A DNA stretch of 60,531 bases, taken from NCBI GenBank assembly GCA_037139015.1, contig JBAXHG010000001.1, forward strand, positions 1 through 60,531, read 5' to 3'. The notes beneath the pieces are model-generated. The model was given only the letters and a program-made list of their open reading frames with translations, did not search any database and was not told where the DNA came from. Each line of letters begins with the position of its first letter. The stretch's first letter is position 1. This document shows positions 49,147 through 57,973 of this stretch, piece by piece. Made by a program: the position numbers and the translations under genes. Origin of the DNA: Actinomycetes bacterium (GTDB taxonomy: Bacteria > Actinomycetota > Thermoleophilia > Solirubrobacterales > Solirubrobacteraceae).

Positions 49147-50744
49147 CAGAGCGGCTGGCGGACTACTGGCGTCTTTGCAGCGGCAGCCTCGTCCAGGCGC
49201 CTCACAGGCGTGCTGTAAGGGGCAGACTGGGCAATTGTTGGGTCATTGGCTGCCTCACGGAGAATGTCAGCCACAGCGTCCGCAAACAGGTCCAGGGTTT
49301 CCTTGGTCTCCGTCTCAGTCGGCTCAATCAGCAGAGCCTCCTCAACAAGAAGCGGGAAGTAGACAGTTGGCGGGTGATATCCGTGGTCAAGAAGCCGCTT
49401 TGCGAGATCAAGCGTCCTGATTCCCAGCTCCTTCTTCATTGGAGCCCCGGAGAGCACAAACTCGTGCATGCATAGACGGTCAAAGGCAACTGGGAGGTAC
49501 TCGGCAACTCCCTCTTCCTTCAATCTGGCAAGCAGGTAATTGGCATTCAGGACCGCAAGTTCGGAGGCCTGCCGCAAGCCTTCGGCTCCGAGCGAACGGA
49601 TGTAGGCGTAGGACCTTACGAACACCCCGTAGTTGCCTTGGAAGCCGCGGAGGCGTCCAATCGACTTCGGACGATCGTAATCAAGGACAAAACGCGGCTC
49701 TTCGCCAGCTCCTGCTTGCTCACGGATGACCTGCGGCCTCGTGATGTAAGGCTCTATCCGCTCCGAGACTGCAATCGGACCAGCGCCTGGACCGCCACCG
49801 CCGTGAGGCTGGGTGAATGACTTGTGCAGGTTGAAATGGACGATGTCAAAGCCCATGTCACCTGGACGGCTGATTCCCATGACCGCGTTGAGATTGGCTC
49901 CGTCGTAGTAGAGCGTTGCTCCCACTCCGTGAACTATCGACGCAATCTCTTCGATGTTTCCGTCAAACACGCCAAGCGTGTTCGGGTTCGTCAGCATCAA
50001 ACATGCGACCTGATCGTCGGCCTTGGCGCGAAGATCGTCGAGATCAACTCCACCATCAGCGTTGGTCCCAACCTTCACCACCTCATAGCCACACATCGTG
50101 ACCGTGGCCGGATTGGTTCCGTGAGCAGTGTCTGGGGTCAGCACCTTCGTTCGCTTATCTCCACGGTCCTCGTGGTAAGCCTTGGTCAGCAGCACTCCAG
50201 CCAGTTCGCCGTGTGAGCCTGCAGATGGCTGCAATGAAACGTGAGGAAGTCCAGCTATCTCACCGAGTGCCTCCTGCAAGTTCCACATCAACTCCAGCGC
50301 TCCTTGGGCATGACTGTCTGCCTGAAGCGGATGCAGTCTGCTGTTACCTGGGAGGGCAGCAACCCGCTCATGGAGCCTGGGGTTGTGCTTCATGGTGCAT
50401 GACCCAAGTGGGTAGAAGCCGGAGTCGAGATCGAAGTTTCGCTTGCTGATTCGCGTGTAGTGACGAACAAGCTCGGGTTCAGATACCTCTGGAAGCTTGG
50501 CCGGATTGCTCCTCAGGAACTGGCCGGGAATCAAATCCGAAAGAGGGACTTCTGGAACCTCAGTCGAAGGCGTGAAGAATGCCCTTCGTCCGGGCTTGGA
50601 CTTCTCATAAATGGTTACCGCTGCATCCCGTTGCTGCGGAGTCTCCCCCGTCATTCCGAGCGGAGATTCTGGCCGGATGATCTCCTCGCCCAACTCTCCC
50701 GCTGCGTGCTGGGCTGCTGTTTCGGCTGATGCCATGTCGCTCAT
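49146..50744 (-). CDS. gcvPB: Glycine dehydrogenase (decarboxylating) subunit 2
   Basis: LPEVSEPELVRHYTRISKRN, PLGSCTMKHNP, FNLHKSF (PLP lysine). About 40 extra N-terminal residues relative to typical GcvPB (alternative ATG at 50654). Confidence 0.95.
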   Translation of the reverse strand: MSDMASAETAAQHAAGELGEEIIRPESPLGMTGETPQQRDAAVTIYEKSKPGRRAFFTPSTEVPEVPLSDLIPGQFLRSNPAKLPEVSEPELVRHYTRISKRNFDLDSGFYPLGSCTMKHNPRLHERVAALPGNSRLHPLQADSHAQGALELMWNLQEALGEIAGLPHVSLQPSAGSHGELAGVLLTKAYHEDRGDKRTKVLTPDTAHGTNPATVTMCGYEVVKVGTNADGGVDLDDLRAKADDQVACLMLTNPNTLGVFDGNIEEIASIVHGVGATLYYDGANLNAVMGISRPGDMGFDIVHFNLHKSFTQPHGGGGPGAGPIAVSERIEPYITRPQVIREQAGAGEEPRFVLDYDRPKSIGRLRGFQGNYGVFVRSYAYIRSLGAEGLRQASELAVLNANYLLARLKEEGVAEYLPVAFDRLCMHEFVLSGAPMKKELGIRTLDLAKRLLDHGYHPPTVYFPLLVEEALLIEPTETETKETLDLFADAVADILREAANDPTIAQSAPYSTPVRRLDEAAAAKTPVVRQPL

Positions 50745-52117
50745 GCTGCTGCTCCTGTCTGAACGCGGGCTTGGGCAACGGCCTCTGCCAACACCTTGGC
50801 CAGCAGGTCAATCTGGGCCTTGTCTCGGCGCTCGGTGAGGGCCACAAGAAGTCCGTTGGGGAACTCTGGGTAATCCCTTCCGATTGCATAACCGGGGTTG
50901 ACACCCTTGCTCTGGCAGATGCGAATGACTTCCTCAACAGGAGCATCAAGCTGCACCGCGAACTCGCGAACAACTGGCTGTTCGTGGAGCGCGGTCACAC
51001 CCTCAATCTGGTTGAGCTGATCCCGTGCATAAGCCGTCCGGCGAACCAGAAGTTCGCCAAGCTCAACGAGTCCCTTCTTGCCCAGCCAACCGAGGTAGAC
51101 AACACCAGCAAGGGCATTAAGGGCTTGTGCTGTGCAGATATTTGAGGTGGCCTTCTCGCGCCGAATATGCTGCTCTCGCGTCTGGAGGGTCAGGACCCAA
51201 CCACGCCGACCGTCAACATCGCGCGTCTCGCCCGCGATCCGTCCTGGCATGCGCCGGATGTGTTCTTGGGCGGCTGCAAAGAAGCCGAATGAGGGCCCTC
51301 CGAAGTCCAGCCGATTGCCAAGAGTCTGGCCCTCTCCCACTGCAACATCCACGCCCATCTCTCCGGGCGGTTCAAGAATTCCAAGCGGGATTGGATCGCA
51401 AGACGCAACTACCAGGGCATCGTGCTCTTTTGCGACTGCTGTGAGCGACCGAATGTCCTCAACGGAACCGAGGAAATTGGGCTGCTGCAGAATGACTACA
51501 CCAACATCATCCCCCATCATTTCCTTAAGCGCCTCGATGTCTGTGATGCCGTCCTTGAGGGGAATTTCCTCAACTGTGGTTCCGTAACCGACGGCGAGCG
51601 TCTGAAGCGTCTCCCGTGAGTGTGGATGCACTCCCCTCGAAACCAGATGGCGAGGCCTGCCATTCGCAAGCTTTGCGAGATAGGCAGCCGCGCCGACAGC
51701 AGAAGGGCCCTCATAGAGGGAGGCATTGCTGACAGGAAGCCCAGTCAGCTCACTCATCGCAGTCTGATATTCGAACATGACCTGAAGCCCACCCTGCGAG
51801 ACCTCTGGCTGGTACGGCGTATATGGCGTAAGGAATTCAGCCCGACTCAGCAGGGCGTCGATCAGAGATGGGATGTAGTGGTCATACATTCCGGCTCCCA
51901 AGAAGGAGACCTCGTCATCAGCGCTGGTGTTCCTCGCGGCAAGCTCTGCAAACTCGGCGTAAACCTCCTGCTCGGGCTTGCCTGCTGGAAGATCGAGCGC
52001 TCCCTTGAAACGAACCCCATCGGGGATTGCCTCAAACAGATCGTCAATGGACTCGCAGCCGATAGCTGCGAGCATTTCCTCTATGTCCTGCTCTGTGGCT
52101 GCCGTGTATGAGCTCAA
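50741..52117 (-). CDS. gcvPA: Glycine dehydrogenase (decarboxylating) subunit 1
   Basis: EEMLAAIGCESIDDLFEAIP, FLGAGMYDHYIPS, TPYQPEVSQG. I place the start at the in-frame TTG 52117 (AGGAG 8 nt upstream), just after the gcvH stop. The track ORF would overlap gcvH by 88 nt. Confidence 0.9.
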   Translation of the reverse strand: MSSYTAATEQDIEEMLAAIGCESIDDLFEAIPDGVRFKGALDLPAGKPEQEVYAEFAELAARNTSADDEVSFLGAGMYDHYIPSLIDALLSRAEFLTPYTPYQPEVSQGGLQVMFEYQTAMSELTGLPVSNASLYEGPSAVGAAAYLAKLANGRPRHLVSRGVHPHSRETLQTLAVGYGTTVEEIPLKDGITDIEALKEMMGDDVGVVILQQPNFLGSVEDIRSLTAVAKEHDALVVASCDPIPLGILEPPGEMGVDVAVGEGQTLGNRLDFGGPSFGFFAAAQEHIRRMPGRIAGETRDVDGRRGWVLTLQTREQHIRREKATSNICTAQALNALAGVVYLGWLGKKGLVELGELLVRRTAYARDQLNQIEGVTALHEQPVVREFAVQLDAPVEEVIRICQSKGVNPGYAIGRDYPEFPNGLLVALTERRDKAQIDLLAKVLAEAVAQARVQTGAAA

Positions 52118-52134
52118 GTCGGGTCTCCTGGTGC

Positions 52135-52530
52135 TTACTGGCCCAGGAGCGCCTGGTAGGCGACCGAGTCCATCAGCTGTTCCTTCTCGTCTACGGATGA
52201 AAGACGGACTTTGACCAACCATCCATCGCCGTAAGGATCATCGTTGATGACTCCTGACTCATCAGCGATTGAAGTGTTGACTTCAATCACTTCACCGCTC
52301 ATCGGCGCAAACACATCGCTTACCGCCTTAACGGACTCGATCTCAGCGTAGGACTCGTCCTTGGTCAGGAGTGAGCCAACTTCTGGAGCGTCATAGAAGA
52401 CAACCTCGCCGAGGGCGTCCTGGGCGTACCAAGTGATTCCAAAGGTGGCCCATTCTCCGGCCGGGTCGAGCCGGACCCAGTCGTGCTCCTGGTGGTACAG
52501 CAGGTCTTTCGGGTAACTGGCCTCAGACAC
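52135..52530 (-). CDS. gcvH: Glycine cleavage system H protein
   Basis: YPKDLLYHQEHDWVR, lipoyl-lysine motif ESVKAVSDVFAPMSGEV. Start placed at GTG 52530 (AAAGGCGGA upstream, 8-nt overlap with the gcvT stop). Confidence 0.9.
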   Translation of the reverse strand: MSEASYPKDLLYHQEHDWVRLDPAGEWATFGITWYAQDALGEVVFYDAPEVGSLLTKDESYAEIESVKAVSDVFAPMSGEVIEVNTSIADESGVINDDPYGDGWLVKVRLSSVDEKEQLMDSVAYQALLGQ

Positions 52531-53614
52531 TTGGGTCCGCCTTTCTGTAGAGCGGTCGCTCGCACACCACTGCGGGGCGCTGCTTACCGCGGACATCTAT
52601 TTCAAATTCTGTACCAATCGACGCCATCGCCGTCGGCAGGTATGCCATCCCAACTCCAAGCTCAAGGGTCGGAGAGAATGTTCCACTGCTTACGGTCCCG
52701 CCTCCAACGACGGGATTCCCCGGGCGTGGAATGCCTGCTGCGAGCATCTTGAACGCAACAAGCTGCTCATCGGTCCCTGCCGCTCTGGCTTCACGAACCG
52801 CGTCAGCCCCGATGAAGTTGGTCTCTTCCTTACATGCCCATCCGAGGCCCGCCTCAATGGGGTTGCGTGAGGGGTCAAGGTCGTTGCCATAGAGGTGAAA
52901 GCAGGCTTCAGTTCGCAGAGTGTCCCGCGCGGCAAGCCCGCATGGCATCGCTCCGGCAGCAACGAGTGCGTCCCAGACCGCCACCGCATCGTCATTGGGC
53001 ATGAGGAGTTCAACCCCATCCTCTCCGGTGTAGCCAGTTCCTGCGACAAATACCTCCACTCCTGCAACGTTGACGCTCTCTGAGCGCATCCTTGCCGGCA
53101 ACGGGCCATCGGCAAGCCGCTCAACAAGAGCCCTTGCATTTGGACCTTGAACGGCGAGCATCGAGGTAAACGCACCTGCGTCCAGCAGCTCAACTTCAAA
53201 GTCTTTTGCAACATCAGAGAAACGCTCAAAATCAGCCGTGTGGTTGCCAGCATTGGTGACCGTGAGGAAGACAGCTTCCTCGAGCCTGTAAGTGAACAGA
53301 TCATCAAGCACACCGCCGTCGTCAGCGCACAGCAACCCATACTGGGCCCCGCCGATCGGGATGCGGGAAACATCGTTGCTGGTCAGGCGCTGAAGGAACT
53401 CAAGCGCCTGAGCACCCTGCGTACGGACTTCACCCATGTGGGAGACATCGAAGACTCCGACATCTCCCCGGACGGCACGGTGCTCCTCCATCACGCCCTG
53501 GTACTGAACGGGCATCTCCCACCCGGCAAAAGGCACAAGGCGCGCGCCTGCAGCGGCGTGGCGGGCATGCAGCGGAGTCAGCTTTAAATCTGGTGTGGTC
53601 ACGCGGGCGAGCAT
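52523..53614 (-). CDS. gcvT: Glycine cleavage system aminomethyltransferase T
   Basis: TPLHARHAAAGARLVPFAGWEMPVQY, FDVSHMG, GYTGEDG, ARDTLR. Confidence 0.95.
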   Translation of the reverse strand: MLARVTTPDLKLTPLHARHAAAGARLVPFAGWEMPVQYQGVMEEHRAVRGDVGVFDVSHMGEVRTQGAQALEFLQRLTSNDVSRIPIGGAQYGLLCADDGGVLDDLFTYRLEEAVFLTVTNAGNHTADFERFSDVAKDFEVELLDAGAFTSMLAVQGPNARALVERLADGPLPARMRSESVNVAGVEVFVAGTGYTGEDGVELLMPNDDAVAVWDALVAAGAMPCGLAARDTLRTEACFHLYGNDLDPSRNPIEAGLGWACKEETNFIGADAVREARAAGTDEQLVAFKMLAAGIPRPGNPVVGGGTVSSGTFSPTLELGVGMAYLPTAMASIGTEFEIDVRGKQRPAVVCERPLYRKADPSV

Positions 53615-53673
53615 ACCTGCCCGGGCCGCCGCCCGATCAGGCCACTCTCACCCGTCAACAGCCGCGCGACCCG

Positions 53674-54744
53674 TTACGAGTCGTCGCGGAGAAACTCTGG
53701 AACGTCAACATCAGATCCGCTCGAACCCGAAGATTCGCGGCTGCGTGATGACCGTTCCGGAGCTGCACTGCGTGAGCTGCTGCCTGAACTGCGCCTGCGC
53801 CCATGCTCAAAGCCCGTGGCGATCACGGTGACGCGGACGGTGTCGCCCATGTCTTCATCCACGACGGTTCCGAAGATGATGTTGGCACTTGGATCAGCCG
53901 CATTGGCAACAACCTCAGCAGCCTCATTCACTTCAAAGAGACCGAGCTGCTTGCCACCGGTGATATTCAGCAGCAGTCCCGTGGCGCCGTCAATCGACTC
54001 CTCGAGCAGTGGTGAAGCAATTGCCTCGTTAGCTGCATCAACTGCGCGAGTCTCGCCGTCAGCGGTCCCGATTCCCATCAGGGCTGAGCCCGAGTTCGCC
54101 ATGATCGTGCGTACATCAGCAAAGTCAAGGTTGATGGTTCCTGGAATCGTGATCAGGTCAGTAATGCCCTGGACTCCCTGACGAAGAACATTGTCAGCCA
54201 TCTGAAAGGCCTCAACCATTGTCGTCCTGCGTTCAACGACGCTCAGAAGCCGTTCGTTTGGAATCACAATGAGTGTGTCGACGTTCTCACGCAGGTGAGC
54301 AATGCCGGAGTCTGCTGAGCGCGTGCGCTGCGAGCCTTCAAAGCTGAACGGCCGTGTGACCACTCCGACTGTGAGTGCTCCAATTTCGTTCTTCGCGATG
54401 TCCGCAATGACTGGAGCGGCGCCCGTGCCAGTTCCTCCGCCTTCGCCTGCAGTCACGAAGACCATGTCGGCTCCCTTGAGGGCTTCCTTGATCTCGTCGC
54501 GCGACTCAGCGGCTGCTCCGTGTCCAACTTCTGGGTTCGCGCCGGCACCGAGACCCTTCGTAAGGTCGTGACCTATCTGGAGCGTGATGTCTGCTTCGCT
54601 CTCCTGCAATGCCTGTGAATCTGTATTGGCCGCGATGAATTCGACGCCGCGCAAACCGGACTCAACCATGCGGTTAACCGCATTGGTTCCGCCGCCGCCG
54701 ACTCCAACAACCTTGATTACTGCGAGATAGCTTCCGCTTTCCAT
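53674..54744 (-). CDS. ftsZ: Cell division protein FtsZ
   Basis: [17 protein letters not shown], tubulin signature [12 protein letters not shown]-terminal DVPEFLR peptide. Confidence 0.97.
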   Translation of the reverse strand: MESGSYLAVIKVVGVGGGGTNAVNRMVESGLRGVEFIAANTDSQALQESEADITLQIGHDLTKGLGAGANPEVGHGAAAESRDEIKEALKGADMVFVTAGEGGGTGTGAAPVIADIAKNEIGALTVGVVTRPFSFEGSQRTRSADSGIAHLRENVDTLIVIPNERLLSVVERRTTMVEAFQMADNVLRQGVQGITDLITIPGTINLDFADVRTIMANSGSALMGIGTADGETRAVDAANEAIASPLLEESIDGATGLLLNITGGKQLGLFEVNEAAEVVANAADPSANIIFGTVVDEDMGDTVRVTVIATGFEHGRRRSSGSSSRSAAPERSSRSRESSGSSGSDVDVPEFLRDDS

Positions 54745-54771
54745 TATGTCTTGAGACCGCCCTCAGGTAGG

Positions 54772-54808
54772 GGTTGAGAGTTCAACCGAACGCGCGGGAG
54801 ACGCGTTC
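54772..54808 (-). promoter_or_regulatory. Two abutting hairpins in the putative ftsZ 5' leader
   Basis: mRNA sense: GAACGCG-ucucccg-CGCGUUC (54808-54788), followed directly by GGUUGA-acuc-UCAACC (54787-54772). Both stems are perfect. Confidence 0.3.
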
Positions 54809-54817
54809 ATTCAGTCA

Positions 54818-54847
54818 AGAATAGACACAAAGGGGTGCTTTGGTCAA
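54818..54847 (-). promoter_or_regulatory. Candidate sigma-70-type promoter for ftsZ
   Basis: Minus strand TTGACC (54847-54842), an 18-nt spacer, then TATTCT (54823-54818), about 75 nt upstream of the ftsZ ATG. Confidence 0.3.
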
Positions 54848-54882
54848 TGTTTGGGAGGAATTCTTGCGCCGGGCACTTCTCA

Positions 54883-54907
54883 AACCCTCGACCCATACAT
54901 GAGGGTT
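54883..54907 (-). promoter_or_regulatory. Hairpin (7-bp stem, 11-nt loop) sharing ACCCUC/GAGGGU arms with the adjacent post-ftsQ hairpin
   Basis: Plus strand aaccctc-gacccatacat-gagggtt. Its arm can alternatively pair with the 54921-54926 arm of the neighbouring hairpin. Confidence 0.3.
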
Positions 54908-54920
54908 GGTCACATGACAC

Positions 54921-54943
54921 ACCCTCAAGTGCTGCTTGAGGGT
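54921..54943 (-). terminator. Perfect 9-bp stem / 5-nt loop hairpin abutting the ftsQ stop codon (U-tract-poor terminator or attenuator candidate)
   Basis: mRNA sense ACCCUCAAG-cagca-CUUGAGGGU followed by GUGUGUCAUGUG. It overlaps the ftsQ TAA by 1 nt. Confidence 0.3.
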
Positions 54944-55716
54944 TACTGCGGGACCGGCCCGGATGGGGCCTGGCCGTCGGGGGCAACAGGCTGGTTGGGA
55001 TCCGCTGGATCGATCCCACCCTGCACTCCACCCTGGACCCCGCCGACAGCTGGTCTCCGCGGAACACGAACATCAACGTAGGCAGCCCCTCTGGAGGCTG
55101 GGTCAGACAGAACACGGGCTGCTGATGCCCACTTGGCAGCAACAAGAGTCTGGTCCCCAAAGTAGATCTTTGGGCCGGCTGTCAAAACCGCAAAGAGTCC
55201 GAACTTGGGGTCTCGGGCGAAGGACGCAATGCGTCCACGAAGCTCAGGAGGTGCGCTCTGCAGGATCTTCAGTGACTCCAGTACCACCCGGTCGCGGACG
55301 AACCCGCCGACGACAGAACCCTCAACGACAGGAAGGCCCTTGACGGTGAGACCAGGCAATACGGTGCCGTCCGCGGACACAGCCTGAAGCGCACCGGCCG
55401 TGACACCCACAGCTGCCACCGCTCGGTAGAGAACGACGGTCACCGTCACATCGTGAGGCGGGTGTGTCTCAACCGAAACGCTCTGAACCGGAGGATGCCC
55501 GGAAGCAGCCGCCCTGACCTCATCCTCGTTGAAGGACAGTGTGCTCTGGCCGAGTGCCGCATTACGGACACGCTGAGCTCGAGACCCAGTGAGCCCGATC
55601 ACCCTTACATGTCGAACATCAAAAAGGCTGCTGTCCTTGAGGACAAAGAAGAACCCTGCCCCGAGAACTACCAAGAGAAGAAACAGGCCTGCCGCTTTAA
55701 AGGCGAATCTCTTCAT
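54943..55716 (-). CDS. ftsQ: Cell division protein FtsQ/DivIB (POTRA domain)
   Basis: N-terminal TM (AAGLFLLLVVLGAGFFFVL), then POTRA FDVRHVRVIGLTGS. Located between murB and ftsZ. Start at ATG 55716 (ATGA overlap with the murB stop). Gly/Pro/Gln-rich C-terminal tail. Confidence 0.8.
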   Translation of the reverse strand: MKRFAFKAAGLFLLLVVLGAGFFFVLKDSSLFDVRHVRVIGLTGSRAQRVRNAALGQSTLSFNEDEVRAAASGHPPVQSVSVETHPPHDVTVTVVLYRAVAAVGVTAGALQAVSADGTVLPGLTVKGLPVVEGSVVGGFVRDRVVLESLKILQSAPPELRGRIASFARDPKFGLFAVLTAGPKIYFGDQTLVAAKWASAARVLSDPASRGAAYVDVRVPRRPAVGGVQGGVQGGIDPADPNQPVAPDGQAPSGPVPQ

Positions 55717-56642
55717 GAAGCAGACCCCCTCCACTCAGGTGGAATTGGGACGGGACCCAGAGTCTGAACCTCAGGTTCGAGCGTCACCCCGTACTTCTCT
55801 TCCACCCGACGGCGTCCTTCGCCCATCAGCTCGACAACATCAGCAGTTGTGGCAGTCCCATGGTTGATGACAAAGTTTGCGTGCTTCTCGGAGAACCCTG
55901 CACCTCCGACCCTCAGGTCGCGACAACCGGCTCCGTCAAGGAGCTGGCCGGCAGAGCGGCCCTCCGCCTCAGTGCCAGTCGGGTTCTTGAAAGTGGAACC
56001 GAAGGTCTTGACCCCCCAAGGTTGAGCCTCCTTACGTTTTGCCCTCAACTCAGCCAAGACCGCTTTCGAAGCTGCCGGATCAGCCGGAGACAAATGAAAT
56101 GCGGCCTGTGACACAACCTCACCCCGAGCAAGGTTCGACCTGCGATAGGCGAAACCAAGCGACTCTGGCGGCCGACGCTCAATCCCACGAGGACCGATCA
56201 CTTCCGCCCAGGAAAGGCTCTCGGCAAGATCACCGCCGTACGCGTTCGCGTTCATCCGGACCGCCCCACCCACCGTCCCCGGGATGCTCACTCCGAACTC
56301 AAGGCCCGCGAGACCAGCAGCTGCAGCCTTCGCTGCGACGCTTGGCAGCCGTGCCCCACCTCCACACAGAATTGCCCCAGTCACAGCGTCCACCTCAATT
56401 GCCGCAAGCTTCCCATCAAGCTTTACCACCAGACCCTCTACCCCCTCGTCTGCAACAAGAAGGTTGGACCCAGAGCCAAGTACGTTGAGCTCGAGACCTT
56501 CATCCGCCGCCCACGAGAGGGCTGAATGCAATTCCTCTGGGTTCCCGCATCGGGAGAAGAACTCGGCTGCGCCTCCAGCCCGCACTGTCGTATACGTGTC
56601 GAGTGGCTCGTTCTCAACAAGTCTTGCTGGACGGTCACTCAC
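55713..56642 (-). CDS. murB: UDP-N-acetylenolpyruvoylglucosamine reductase
   Basis: FAD-binding [49 protein letters not shown]. Confidence 0.95.
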   Translation of the reverse strand: MSDRPARLVENEPLDTYTTVRAGGAAEFFSRCGNPEELHSALSWAADEGLELNVLGSGSNLLVADEGVEGLVVKLDGKLAAIEVDAVTGAILCGGGARLPSVAAKAAAAGLAGLEFGVSIPGTVGGAVRMNANAYGGDLAESLSWAEVIGPRGIERRPPESLGFAYRRSNLARGEVVSQAAFHLSPADPAASKAVLAELRAKRKEAQPWGVKTFGSTFKNPTGTEAEGRSAGQLLDGAGCRDLRVGGAGFSEKHANFVINHGTATTADVVELMGEGRRRVEEKYGVTLEPEVQTLGPVPIPPEWRGSAS

Positions 56643-57973
56643 GAGACCAACCCCGCTCCGAGCGACGTGATGTCCCCTGCGCCCATCAGGAGGATCAGAT
56701 CACCTTCGCGGCTCAATTCATCGATCGCGGCAGCCGTGGCCTGAAGATCCCCCGACGAGCTCAAAATGGGCTCACTCAAGCCTGAATTGCCAGCCGACAC
56801 GATGAGACCAGAGGTAACGCCCGGAAAATCCTTCCCAGCCTCACGCGCTGGATAGATGTCCGCAACAAGCGCTGCATCAGCGGCTGCCAGAGCAGTGCCA
56901 AAGTCAGCCGACAGCGCCTCCGTGCGTGAGAACAGATGTGGCTGGAATGCAACAAGCACGCGCTCAGCCCCGAATGATCTGGCTGCGGCAATGGTGGCTG
57001 CGACTTCAGTCGGGTGGTGAGCGTAGTCATCAAACACCTGAGCCCCAGCCCGCGACCTTCCGATGTACTCAAAGCGTCGGCTTGTGCCAGCAAAGGTCGC
57101 AATTCCGTCACATAGACCCTGTTCATCGGCGCCGGTCAGTGACGCGGCTTCCAGAGCACCTGACGCGTTGGTTGCATTGTGAAGCCCAGGGACAAGCATG
57201 TTCACCGAGTGTTCTCTCCATGTGAAGCTCGCTCTGCCGTCCTTGCTGGATGCGTCAGGAGCGCTGTAGGGATGGAGAGCCACCTCGGGGGGACCCAGCG
57301 AAATCAGCTCGGGCTGATCCCAGATGACAGCGTGCCTCGCCTTGGCGAGGAACTGAGTCAGGGTCATCCGAAGATCGTCCAAAGACGAGTAGGTCGCATG
57401 ATGGTCCAACTCGCAGTTCGTGACAACGGCGATGACGCAGTCAAGCCCCAGAAGTGACCGGTCGGACTCATCAGCTTCAACCACAAGCCAAGGCGAAGTT
57501 CCCCATCCAGCCGAGGCCTCGCCACCGGCAAGCGGAGCTCCGATCACCCAACCAGGGTCAACACCAGCGCCGCGCAGAGCACTCACCACCATCGCTGACG
57601 TGGTTGTCTTGCCGTGAGTGCCTGTGATGGCAATGGTCGGCTTGAGCCTCGTCATCTCACCGAGCAGGTCGCTCCGATGGAGTTCCCTCTGCCCGCGACC
57701 AGAGGCCACAGACCGTTCGGGGTTATCCCCGGCGATCGCAGAGCTGTAAACAAGCTCCGCATCGGCCGGTACATTTGCCGCACTGTGGTCGGTGTGAATG
57801 ACTGCACCAAGCCCCCGCAGCTCGTCAGTGACTCCACCAGAGGCCCTGTCGGAACCCGTAACTGTGGCTCCGAGTTCAAGCGCGATTCTGGCCAGTCCAC
57901 TCATCCCTGCCCCGCCGATCCCAACAAAGTGAAGGGACCGCCCGTTCCAGATCTGTTCTACGACCGTGCTCAC
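56639..57973 (-). CDS. murC: UDP-N-acetylmuramate--L-alanine ligase
   Basis: [36 protein letters not shown]. Confidence 0.95.
   Translation of the reverse strand: MSTVVEQIWNGRSLHFVGIGGAGMSGLARIALELGATVTGSDRASGGVTDELRGLGAVIHTDHSAANVPADAELVYSSAIAGDNPERSVASGRGQRELHRSDLLGEMTRLKPTIAITGTHGKTTTSAMVVSALRGAGVDPGWVIGAPLAGGEASAGWGTSPWLVVEADESDRSLLGLDCVIAVVTNCELDHHATYSSLDDLRMTLTQFLAKARHAVIWDQPELISLGPPEVALHPYSAPDASSKDGRASFTWREHSVNMLVPGLHNATNASGALEAASLTGADEQGLCDGIATFAGTSRRFEYIGRSRAGAQVFDDYAHHPTEVAATIAAARSFGAERVLVAFQPHLFSRTEALSADFGTALAAADAALVADIYPAREAGKDFPGVTSGLIVSAGNSGLSEPILSSSGDLQATAAAIDELSREGDLILLMGAGDITSLGAGLVS

Noticed and set aside
53615-53673. Glycine riboswitch upstream of gcvT.
   Set aside because: Only 59 nt are available and no GGAGAG...CACCG-type aptamer core is seen, so the spacer is too short.
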